A stretch of 64,000 bases of DNA, from assembly GCA_903813345.2 (NCBI GenBank), contig CAIIXF020000001.1:44516001-44580000 (forward strand), given 5' to 3'. How positions within the stretch are numbered: position 1 is the first letter of the stretch; each line of letters begins with the position of its first letter. Both the position numbers and the translations under genes were made by a program. This DNA comes from Owenia fusiformis (Eukaryota). The notes under the pieces were generated by a model, which was not told where the DNA came from, did not search any database, and saw only the letters and a program-made list of their open reading frames with translations. Below are positions 13,310 through 25,900 of this stretch, piece by piece.

Positions 13310-13903
13310 CAAAATCAGGTATCCGTGAGACCTCTACTGAATTATATGCATCATTATGAACTGATCATCCTCAAAACTATATATTTATTTCTCCCATTTA
13401 TCATTCTGATACTCATCTAGAAGGCAATGATCTTTTACAAGACTGCAATATCTTTCTGACACAGTGTTACTTTTTGTTTATAATCAAAATATATTTCATC
13501 TCTACATGCAATGTGCTTCTTCAGGGAATCGGTTCATTCTCTTATTAGTCTCAAACTGATACTTAATACAAACATTAACTTATTTTTTGATTGACAATTT
13601 ATTTTATTATGAGAAGAAAATGAAAAGAAGATCATTTAAAGGTGTCTACTATTCTTTGAAACAACTCTTGAATGTAAACTTATACAGTGCTGTTTGTTGT
13701 CTTTATGAATAAGGGATGTAGAAAAGCTAAATAAGGATTCTTTAGGAGACGAATGCTTTGATAAGTTGATGCCGAAATTTAGTCAAGGTTACAGAAGAGA
13801 CATATGAATTATTTATATTTCAGTGCTCAGTGCTATGTGATATTTTAATCTAATGATGATGCCTTCTTTCAGGTAAACCCTAACGATGTGAGCAATACGA
13901 TAT

Positions 13904-16900
13904 ATGGTTTCAATGCCTATGCCACGTCAACAACTCAGTATGACAGACACAATTGCCAGTCATCGTCTTCGAAACTTCCAAGGTCTCCCATCAACACATC
14001 ATAAAGATGTTACTCGGGACAAATACAAAGACTTACGTCGGCCACGTCGGGTTCGATTTTTCTGCAATGGCAATCGCTACTTTAAAGGGAAGAAATTGTA
14101 TATTACACCACACAGATACTTAACTTTTAATGATTTATTAAATGATTTGACTGGGAAGCTGCCAACCCAGAGTACATTACCCTATGGGGTAAGATCAATA
14201 TATACACCAGTAGGGGGACACAGAGTAACAGATATTGAACAGTTACAAGATGGAGAATCCTACGTTTGTTGCGGTTTTGAAAAATTTCAGCCTGTTAAGT
14301 ATGGTACGAATGCTTTGGAGCCATGGAACTCAGGTAAATTATGTTTTTCAGAAATATTTTTGCTGTGATACATGTTTCTTTAATGATATAAGACATAAAA
14401 TATTAGCCTTATTCTCAAGGCGCATGTCTAAAGTCACAAAATATTCCTATGTACGTATAACCATGTTATTTTCAGGTTCAAAATGAAGAGAATGCACCAA
14501 TGTGTTTATGCTTTATTTTGAATCAGAAAATAGCAGGTATACCAATATATATATTTATCGTATGATATGTAAAATGAAGCCTTCTGATTGGTCAGTTCTT
14601 GTACTGTACCAAGCTGTATTGCTATTGAGATTGTCCCCATTGATCATCTCCGTCGCAATACAGAAAACATTGGTACGGAGGGAACATTCTCAGTAGCAAT
14701 ACAGAGGATCACACAATAAAAACGTTATAGAATGATTTGAAGTGCAATACAGGATATATTCTGCTCTCGATATTCTGTATTGGCACTCGACTTTGTATCG
14801 TTCCAATACAGAATTTCTCGAGCAGAATATATCCTGTATTGCACTTCAAATCATTCAATAACTTATAACCAAGGTATATAATTTTAATGTGAATGAGTCA
14901 TGTGCAATATATAAAACAAAAATTATATTATAATCAGATATACATTTACTAATTTACATGTTTATATTTTCAGTATTATGGTAAGGTTAAAGTAGACTTG
15001 TAGCAGATTGCATATTAAATTACTAATAAAGTAGTACATTAGTAGGAAATATTGTACTTCTACTTATTTTGGCATTTTGATTTATTCATTCGAATTGTTG
15101 GTGTCTTGAGAATTCTGAACAATTGGCAAAAATATAATTTGGCAGATTTGTGATTAGTCAAAGAGACTGAAAACAAACAATTTTGGGACATGCTAGTTGA
15201 TTATCAATCTGTCTTTTTAGTTTACTTTGATTCATATCTAATCAAGTTCACTGTGAAATTTAAAAAAGGTCATATTAGCAGACTGCCAGTTTGAATTATG
15301 TACATCAAACAAATTCTTTGAGAATCAATCAAGCAGGATTTGCAGCCATTATTCAAACTCAATCTTTCATTGCTTGGTGTGGAACAATTTAGTAATAATT
15401 TCTGTATAGTTCATCATTAGACAAAATGTTTCATTTGAAGATGGACATAACGAGGATGATGATAGCAATTAAAACTCCCTTCAACATATGGGTAATATTG
15501 TCACCAAATTGTCCCATGCTAGGCAATGAAAGATCGAGTTTGAATAATAGCTGCCAATCCTCCTTGAGAATCAATGGATTAATTGGCATGGCTTTAATTT
15601 ATTTCATTTGCCAATTCATCAAAATGGGTGTAAAATTAGTTAGAAGTATAGTATTTGATCTAAATCCTTTTTATTTCAGAAGTTACAGGTCATCATGGCA
15701 GCTAGATCTCAAATAAAATAGAAAACTGTTCCAAAAGCAAATATACTCCTCAAAAAAAGTTAAGGACCAGTGGTTTTCCTCATAGGTTTACATGTTAAAT
15801 ACATATTTGTTTGAACGACTATTTTCTACTCGTGGAACAAAAGAAATCCCAATAAAGAAAATAATTCTGTACCTTGATTCTATTCCCTATAAAGTCCGCA
15901 ACATTTCAATGTTATATCTCCATTACATTGGGTCAAACTTTGATGTCAAAATTGATGAATTTCATGAAATTTAACAAAAATGACTGATCCCATGTTAAAC
16001 AAATGGGGAATGGTTGGGTTGCCATAGGTCATATGAGGAACGATCCATCCATCCGATTGCTCTCAAAATTGAAATTGTAAGAGATAATTAAATTTGCTAA
16101 ATTGTCCACTCAACAAAAATATGATTTAATTGTCCAGGCTTAACAAAAGTTAATGGTTTCAAATTCAATAATTTTTTAATGATCCTCTTATTGAAATAAC
16201 ACAGGTGGTTCAGTGAGGTGGTCAAAATTACTTTAACGCTCCGTATCGCTAATTTTAACAAAATAAGCGAGACATTTAGCATGTAAAATCATTTAAATTT
16301 CTACTTAGAAAGTATTTTTAATAAATGTTTTACTGAATAGATATTCCGAAATCTGAGTTGCCCCTAAGCCACCATTCCCCATTTGTTTAACATGGGATCT
16401 GCCATTTTTGTTAAATTTCATGAAATTCATCAATTTTGACATCAAATTTTGACTCAATGTAATGGAGATATTACATTAAAACGTTGCGGACTTTATAGGG
16501 AATAGAATCAAGATACAGATTTATTTACTTTATTGGGATTTCTTTTGTTCCCTGCTTAGAAAATAGTCGTTCAAACAAATATGGGGGTTAACATGTAAAC
16601 CTATGAGGAAAACCACTGGTCCTTAACTTTTTTTGAGGAGTATATTTAGTCTTATTACCACACCGACCCTGTTTAATAATATAAATGTAACATGCACTTG
16701 ATCTTTATATCAAACCAAATCATGATGTAAATAATATTTAAAGTTGAGTTCCACGTTATTTACTTGTTGAATAAATAAAAAATGAACCTCTTCAATCTTG
16801 AAGTATTTCCCAAGTTGTTATTTTTCAATTATTTTCTTCATAAGATTACTTCTCTATTCTTATCTTTCAATAAAGTCAATTGAAATTGTGAACAGTAACC

Positions 16901-19900
16901 TTTGGGCACCATAGTGACATCGTTTTAATAATAAAAGTGAATTGAAAAAAAATATTTAAACTGTATGAGTCAATTTTTACCTAAGTCAATGGAGATCTAT
17001 TATTATCGCTGAGACTAATTTTACTTTCAAAAATATTGTGATTGTGACCTAGTCAATAGCAAAAAGACTTATTTTGTTTTTTTTATGATGGTAGTACGAG
17101 TTTAAGACCTAGTTGCTTGGTTACAGATATTGATGTTCAAAAGATATCATAACAAATATCAATTCCTCACTCAATATAAAACACTGCGTTATGACTAACC
17201 AACCTGGTAATTTCACGTGTTAAAATATCGGAGTCTATAAGTGACTGCATTTCCAACATCGGAGGTCATTATCATGTCAATATTTCTTTAATGGTTTAAA
17301 AGACTCAAAACATATCATTTTAAGGACTTTTGCCTCTAACAGGTCATTTAGGGTGGTACAATATATGTTCCTTGAAACACAGTTATATTATTATGGTGTG
17401 CTAAACTATCTTCAGGAAAAACTGAAATATCTTTGTATCAAATGGGAATAGAATGACGTTTAATACATGCATTTCACTGCCATTTGTATTTTTTATATTA
17501 GTTTATGTTATATGGGAATTGGGTGATTAATGTTGATATTTCAATGATGATGAAGAATTAGTAAAAATGGGTAGGGGTTGGGTAGAATTTACCCCCGGGG
17601 GTTCACTGTATATAAAACTCGACGGGGGTCCTAGGCTGAAGCCTCAAATATCAATATGTTCCCATACCAATCTGTCAAATTTCAATATGTTCCCATACCA
17701 ACCAAAATAACGCCAAAAGGCCATACCAAATGTCCAATTATGGGACCAATGCCATACCAAATGTCAAAATGTAGGACCAATGCCATACCAAATGTCCAAA
17801 TAGGGGACCAATGCCATACCTTAATAATTCAAAGTAAATGAAATATAGGATCAATGTCATACAAATGTGCAAAAACGTGTATTATTTAAACGATTTGAAA
17901 ATGTTGATTTTCAATTTTAATTTTTGTGTTGAAATCACGAAAAATCTCGTGAGACTTCATCAAAGCCTATGATTGGTCCTCATTTCCCGGGAAAAGGGCT
18001 AAAATTCAAAAGTTGAAGAAGGCCCTGGAAAAGGAGATACTTCGGGAAACGATCCAAAACAACTTCAAATTTGCAACTACTGGACCAATGCCATACCACG
18101 ATTGTTAGGTAACGTATCTACAACGACCATTCTCATACCAGAAGAGCAATTTAGTCCGACCATTGCCATACCTCAGAAGTCAGATATTTCCGGGCATTCC
18201 CATACCAAATCCTAAAATATGGGTCCATTGCCATACCAAACGTTGAAAAAGGTACCCCACATGCGCCGAGGATCCCCGTCAAGGTTTATATATAGTGAAC
18301 CCCCCGGGAATTTACCATGATGATGAGAGTACACAGAGGTGCTCCATCTTGAGCCAATGTCTAATAAGGGAGTGAATATTAGAGAAAATGTCATATGATA
18401 AAAGAATACATTATGTGTTAATTATATGCTTAAAAATCTGCTCTAAATTCCTTATACCCCATATGTGAAGTCCATAAAAAGCACTTATCTATTAAACCTT
18501 GTTATTCTCGTACTAATCACAATCTTCCGTGTATGAACTTCATATGATATGAAGAGAAGCATTAAATTAATCCCTTAATATGCCCAGGAACTGTTAATAC
18601 ATGGACTTGAAGTATCTATCATATTAAAAGCAATCAATAGTTCTATTAATTATTCATTCGACTTGTTCTTCTATTATTTGTTAGAAGAAAGCCTCTTGCC
18701 TGATAGCTTCTGTAAGACTCTATCTTGATCTGTAACAAAGTCCATGTACACTCAAGTACTTAGTATAAGAGTTCTGAAAAACTGTTTTTGTTTTTTGGAT
18801 GTTTTTATTTTATTAATTTCACACACTAACAATTACTTGAAAATAACAGCACATGCCCAAAATATCTATGATTTAAAAGTATTTGGGGCTTGTGGAGTCA
18901 AATTAGGAAAACCCCTGGGGTCAACAACTTCTTAGGTAATAAATGTAGCATGACAAACGTGACATCGAATGTTTGATATATATGGATTGAATATGAGATC
19001 CTGGTCAATGACTTCTTTATCAGGACAAATAACAGAAATTAATCATAAGAAAAATTGTGGCAGTAAGTACTATCAATTTAAGCTATAGGCATCTGATAAT
19101 GTTTCTGAATGAATAATTGCTTAAGACCCATTCTGGCTCAATGGCTACAAATAGGCCCTGACAAATGTCATTGGATTCCTTTTACATTTGTGTATATTCT
19201 GATGCATAAGACAGTAGAATACAATTTAATTTGTAATACCAACTCTTGAAAAAGATCTACACATCGCTTCCGTTTAAAGTAAACATAATACCAAAATGAT
19301 AATTTCTTAGTTTGAATTGATTCGTAGGACTTCTATATTTGGTTGCAGCAATCTATAGGTGACACAGTTTCAGTTGTTATCACATCCTGTGATAATGTAT
19401 TTCCAGAAAGCTTCATCAATCAGTTTAATATAGAAACATGGAATTAATCAATCTGAAATATTGATATTCATGTCCATAAAACATAAGCTAATGAATAGAT
19501 TCCTGTTTGTTCTTTTAAAGAAAACAAATTTACTAAACTTCAGTCAATTTAATGATTTTTGCCAATTTTAGATTTTTTCACAAGATTACTTGAGAACATT
19601 TAATCACGGAGTTTTGGGAGAAAGCCTTTCCATGCTATAAATTATTAGGCCTTTTCTGAGGCTTCATTGGAAATACATAGCTGTGTATTCAGTGCCATAT
19701 CCAACTCTTTATTTGGTCAAATCATAATATGTTGACTCTGAGACCCAGAAGCTAACAATGTCTTATATCTACTCTAAGGACGGAAATATTCCCGTCAATA
19801 TGACTCTTATGAACTTCACCTTTGTCACCTTAGTGATGTCATAATAACAAGAATTGTGAGCAATGTTTGATTCTTTAACCAACTTCAAATAAAATATATT

Positions 19901-22900
19901 TTATTTAGTTTGAATAGTGTTATATTTTAATGTACTTTAAATCTATTTACGGACATAAAAAAACATGTTATAAAATCACTGGCACGGTTTTTAGTTCGCC
20001 ATATATCATATTTCCCTTCCATCAATAGTTTAAGCTACTTGTTGTTTAGTTGTAATTTGTAATCCATCGAAACTGTACTAGGCGTCTTACAGGTCAACAG
20101 TGTTCAGTTTGTTGACCGAGCTAATAAAATTTTCTGAAGCTTTAAGGAAAGTTATAGAAGCTATTGTTTAGTTCAAATATTATTTACAATAAAGTGAAGT
20201 AAAAAATGATAAAGCACCATTGTTGCTCTTGTAAGCCTAAAGAAGTCCAAAAGAGATGTTGTGCTTTGTTTGTGCCAAAACAATCTGTCAACAAGGGTGA
20301 CAGCCCTTAACGTCATAAGCTGCCCTTAAAAATCAATATCCCATTCAATAATCTCAAAGATGCCTCCAAAGATTGTAGATTTGTTCAAACAAATATTGAA
20401 GAATATGTGTTCATATTTAAACAAGACGGCAACCTGAACCACAATCGCCATCGCTAAGGACATCAGAGTCTCCGCCATTTTGTTCAAGAAAGTTATGACA
20501 TTTTATGAAAATCTTATGGATTTATTGTGATTTTTGATTAACTGGGACTTGTTCCACATCAAAAAGCTTAAATGGCTACCATGAAGTATTATGTTCACAA
20601 GAATGAAAAACCAAAAAGGAAAATGGGACAGCGTGTCATTGATATTGGGCCAGATCCTCCTAGGATATTCCGCAAATATATCTGGGGACGAAGTACTGAT
20701 CAAAGAGATCTTGCTCCGAGACGTAAGTGATGAAAATAGAAATAGTATATTAAATAATGAATTAGGGTTTTCATGTAACTGAAAATATATAAATGTAAAT
20801 TTGATTAGATTATCAGAGTTTTATTACATCTTTGAAATTACTTGTGATTTAATTGTAATGTGATAGTTTTATTTTAATAGGTAGATCATAAATATCAAAA
20901 TATATGATTTTTCTTTCATTCATTTTTATATGGTTTATCATAAAAATGCTATATTTTTTTCTTTTTTATTATTCTTTTCTGAGTACAATTTTTCAGAGAT
21001 AAACTTTATCAGTCAGAGACATTTGCCACTGATGCCACTTAACTTGGATAATTGTTAAATAATGTATCCGATCATATTCTTAGAATAAATGTGGAAATTA
21101 AAAATCTATTAAGTATTTACATAGGTTATCATGCCCAAGTCATCATATTCTCCTTAACCACTAAGGAGCAAGAGCATTTGACTTTTTGCTATTTTTAATA
21201 ATGTTTTTTTCTTTAATATACGATATACTTGCATTGTGCTTATATCTTAGTATCATAGACATTTGAAAATGTAATTTTTATAAATCGGTTGTTTCAGAGT
21301 AGAGTGAAGAGTTCTCTTGTCACTCTTTGTATTTGAAATCTTAACTTTGTTAAAACCAACTATTCTAAAATCAACAGAGGGAAAGAATAACAAGTAAACC
21401 TATCAATATAACATCTTGTTCACTTCCAGTACATGCATGTTTTACATTGACTTCCATGTAACTCACTTTGCATACACAACTTCAAATTTGTGTGATTATT
21501 GAATTATGAACTTTGAACTAAAATTCAATTAATATTTGTATTAATGATTATTGGTCTCATAAATTCTGATATAACCAGTTTTCCTTATTGACCCGAGTAT
21601 TGATCTCTATTTGGAACAATCAAGACAAAGTAGGCGATGTTATAAATATGGGATCCTGAAATATACTGAATTATATTCTTGGGTCGGAAATGGAGTATAA
21701 CACATTTTAGTTAGCAATAATAAGAATTGGTATATTTTCATGTAATAGCAGATAGTGAGAAATACCGTAATTTATAATATGTATACTGTACTATATGAAA
21801 TAAATAATTAATAAATTCCCTAATGCCATTAACCAGAATCATTGATCATTAATTATTGGTAATACAGAACATATGAGAGACACTTATTCGATCATTAGCT
21901 TCTGTCACAAGTACAATTAGTGAAGTATGTATAGATAATCATTATATCATGGTTACTCATTATATATAGCTACTCATTATATCATTGAATGGATATGAAT
22001 GGTTTGGACATAATTTGCATGTATCATAGTAGAGAAAAAAATTGTTTATGCATTATTGACTACATAGAAGGTATATTTATATTTTTTTAATGTTATAGCT
22101 TGACAATGCGTGACATCTTAAGTATTGCCGTGGTCACATTTGTTCTGATCTTCAACACCGGTGTTCGGCCAATGAGTATATGTTCACATAACTGAATGCA
22201 ATTTTGAACAAAATACTCATTGGCCGGGTACTAAAAATCGGAGCACATGTGACCATGGCATATCTGACATTACTTTATGAAAATTGAGTATGTATATGAT
22301 AATTGCACCCACACTTTTTTGTTCAAATACACATATACGTGCCTGCTCATTTTTATGTGACCTTCACAATCTAAAATATGTAAACTGTAATAACATAATA
22401 TATGATACATTATTTATTTATACTTCAGATTGATAAAATCAGCCTTTACTTTGCAATTATTCATAGACCCGCTATATTTATATTCCTGCAATTATGTTAT
22501 GAATTCCATTGGGAAATTAAAGAATTGAATGATAAATATACTGTCATTCAGACTGACATTTGGGAAATGAAATATGTCATAACAACAAGATAGAGGTAAA
22601 TTGTATCATTAATTGTATCATAAGTGGTTTATTTATCTGTGAACTTATCTGAATGGTAAAATTCAATAATTTTCTCTTATATTTGAAAAATCGCCTTAGG
22701 CCTTTTTTGGCCTGGTGCCTGACTTTGTTTCTTAAAAAAACTTCTCATAGATTTGCAAACTAACAATAGTGAAAATATTTAAATATATGTTAAGGAATTC
22801 TTGTGGAAGCAGGTTTTCCTGAATTTCTTCAAATCAGCCAGCACTCGATAGCACTAAACAACAAAGGAATGGTTCGATATGTTGAAATTGTATCAATATC

Positions 22901-25900
22901 TGTCCTTAGATTCAGTTCAATGTCTTAGTTTTATGGAACATCTTTTGTAATACCATCCTTTCAGAATATTTTTATTCTTGAAATCAAAATATTGTTTTGT
23001 TTATTGAGGACAATTATAGCAACTAGAGGAATGACAATTGCTTCTTATAGAAATATAAAAATAACAATCATTATATCTGAGAAAATAAGACATATTCAAA
23101 TGATATTTACATTTTGTGTAGATTTGTGTTAAAATGACATTGTGTAATAGGAATATCATTTCTGGTTACTAGGCAACATGCCGTGAAATGAAATTAATAT
23201 GTTTCACCCCATCGCAGTTAGTAATTAAACCTCGGTGATACAAGTCTGGAACCCTCTGAAGTTTGATAATAAAATGTAATTAAATCACATCTTTGACTTA
23301 ATCCTCAGCATATAGTATATCTGAATAGAAGTCATCTCTTTTCTTGTTAGTCACGCATTATACCTGTGGCATCACCCACATTGATGAACGATAAATTAAT
23401 TACAAAGAGATGTTTTCGTTCGTAGGAATAGGTAACCATGGTGAATAGTCTATTGAGTTAATTACTAGTATACCTGAGATTCTACCTGTAGTTTTATTCA
23501 ATTATGAGAGAAAGAGGATGCATTCATTTATAACATAAATACCTAATTCAGTTAAGATCTGTGAAAAACTTATTAAATCTGTATGCTTCAGAAAACATAA
23601 TACTTTCGGAGTAATGTTTTAATATAATACGAGCAAATATGTATATCTGGAGTCAATACAATAATTATACAATACAATATATAATTTTTGATAAAGGCAT
23701 TTCATACAGTATTTTTTCTAAATACCTGTATTTCATATGCCAATGGCCTTCTATGTATATACTTTTATATATTTGAATAATAGGAAAGAAACAATGCTTA
23801 TGTTGAACACACCTCGTTCCTTAACCCGAAATAATAGACTCAGATGCCTTGATATAGTTATATAGCTCTGTGATTGCATGACTTGGCATCACTTCCATCT
23901 TCAATAATCCCCTGGGTAAAAGTATTTAATGAACCCAAATAGATCCATATACAAGTACAGTAAAGCGTGTATACCTGAACACTTCTCTTATTTGAACACA
24001 TCTCTTTTTTGAACACTTCTCAAATGCCAACACTTTTTGGTTCCAATTTTTTGACTCAAATTGACTCAAAACATGAAAATATGAACACCTGCAAATTTGA
24101 ACACTTTTGGCATTTCCCAGTATGGTCTTGATTAGACATGTTTTACTGTGTAGAGTATCATACATAATCAAGAGGGATTTGTAACTAGGTTCTGCCTTGT
24201 TGCTACATGATATTATATGGAAATTAATCAGACAAGATCGTATCTTCATTATCAGTAGTGCGATCTACTATGCCGGTTCCAAACGGGACGTGTTCTGTGG
24301 ATCATGGAAATGAAAAAAAACACGAAACCGTGGATTGTGTTAAATCAGCACTTGAGGAATATAAGATCCTTGTTGCTTTGGGATGTGCTCCAGTTAAGCC
24401 TGGGTTAATGTATGAACCTAATATAGGTACTCTTAAGACAAAAATTGAACCAGTCAAAAAACCAAAAGATGACAGGAGTCATCAAATAGAGATTGCTGTC
24501 ATAAGTGATGGTATGTATCAAAAAGATTGAACTAGAAAAAAGTGTACATGTATACAATTAATATTTAGAACTATTGCATTTTCTTTAGGTTTTTGCTGTC
24601 ATACAGATGTCCAGACATGATCAATGATGACTGGAATGTGGAGTTGTCAAAGAATGTGTTTTTCATTTTGTTTTGATATCATCTGATTATTTCAATTCTC
24701 CTATTAAGCATAAATCTTTATAATTTTATGTTTCCAGGTAAACAACAATCTCAATCCATAGAATACCCTGGCTATTGGAATTCCATCGGGAATGCCCCAG
24801 GTGGAGTAAAATATGGACCATCAGGATATAGTAACAGATATGGACCAGGGGGGTTCGCTCCTAGTAAATTACGACAAACATATCCCCAAAGGAAATATTA
24901 CCCAGGTGGTTTCGGGGCTGGTTCCCGATTGGACAATAGTCAACCTCAACCACGAGGTGGCAGATCAAAACCTAAGGTCATTACTGTTGTTAAAAATGGT
25001 AGTAAACGACCGAGGCAAATGATCAAAGTTCTGCTCAATAGAGACAGTATACAGGGTTATGATGAACTTATGGGTGACATAACAGGGTCTTTCCCAAAAG
25101 ACAAGGGTAAAATACGAAAGCTGTTTACCATAAAAGGGCGTGAGGTGCAAAGTGTTAGCGATTTCTTCCGTGATGATGATGTATTTATTGCTATAGGCCA
25201 AGAAAAACTGACAGTTGGTGATGTTAATGACATCATCGAAGAACTATATCCTGACAACCCATATGCCAAAAGTCTCGTCAAAGAATGGGAGAAAAATCGG
25301 AAAAAACCAAAACCAGTGATAAAGGAATACTATCCTGAAAATGACAAAAGAGACAGTGGGTTTGAAGACTCTGGCTCAAGCAATAATCAAAAAGATGAGC
25401 CAGAGGAGATTATTATTTACAAATCAGGGTCCCCTGCTAAAGACAATAGATCTCCTGAGGAGCTTGCCCAAAGGGAGAAAGCTGCTCGTATGGATGGTGC
25501 CCGTAAAAGAGCTGCTGAAGATGAAAGAGAAAAAGCAAGGAAACGTTATCAGAAACAGCTAGATGCTGAACGACGTGCACTTGATGATGAGCGGAGGAGA
25601 AGAGGGTTAGTGCCACTGAAAGGAAGTAAAGATCCTTTTAAGAAACTTGAAGATGAGAAGAGGAGGGAGTTAGCAAAACGGGAGGCTGAGCGTCAGAAAA
25701 TGCGAGACCAAGAAGAGGATGAGCGGAGAAGGAGGCCTAGGGCTTACCCTAGAGAGGACTCTTATGAATCTGATACAGATGAAAATGCAAATAGGAGACG
25801 AAAACCTAGATCTCCTTCTCCTCAAACACCACCTCCTAAATCACCTTCCCCACCTCCCAAGGAGCCCACTCCTCCTCCAAAAGAACCAACTCCACCACCA

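Noticed and set aside
20591..20782. ORF-track 63-aa ORF
   Set aside because: A different frame (ATG at 20572) fits the GTAAGT donor and the downstream phase; this frame runs through the donor.
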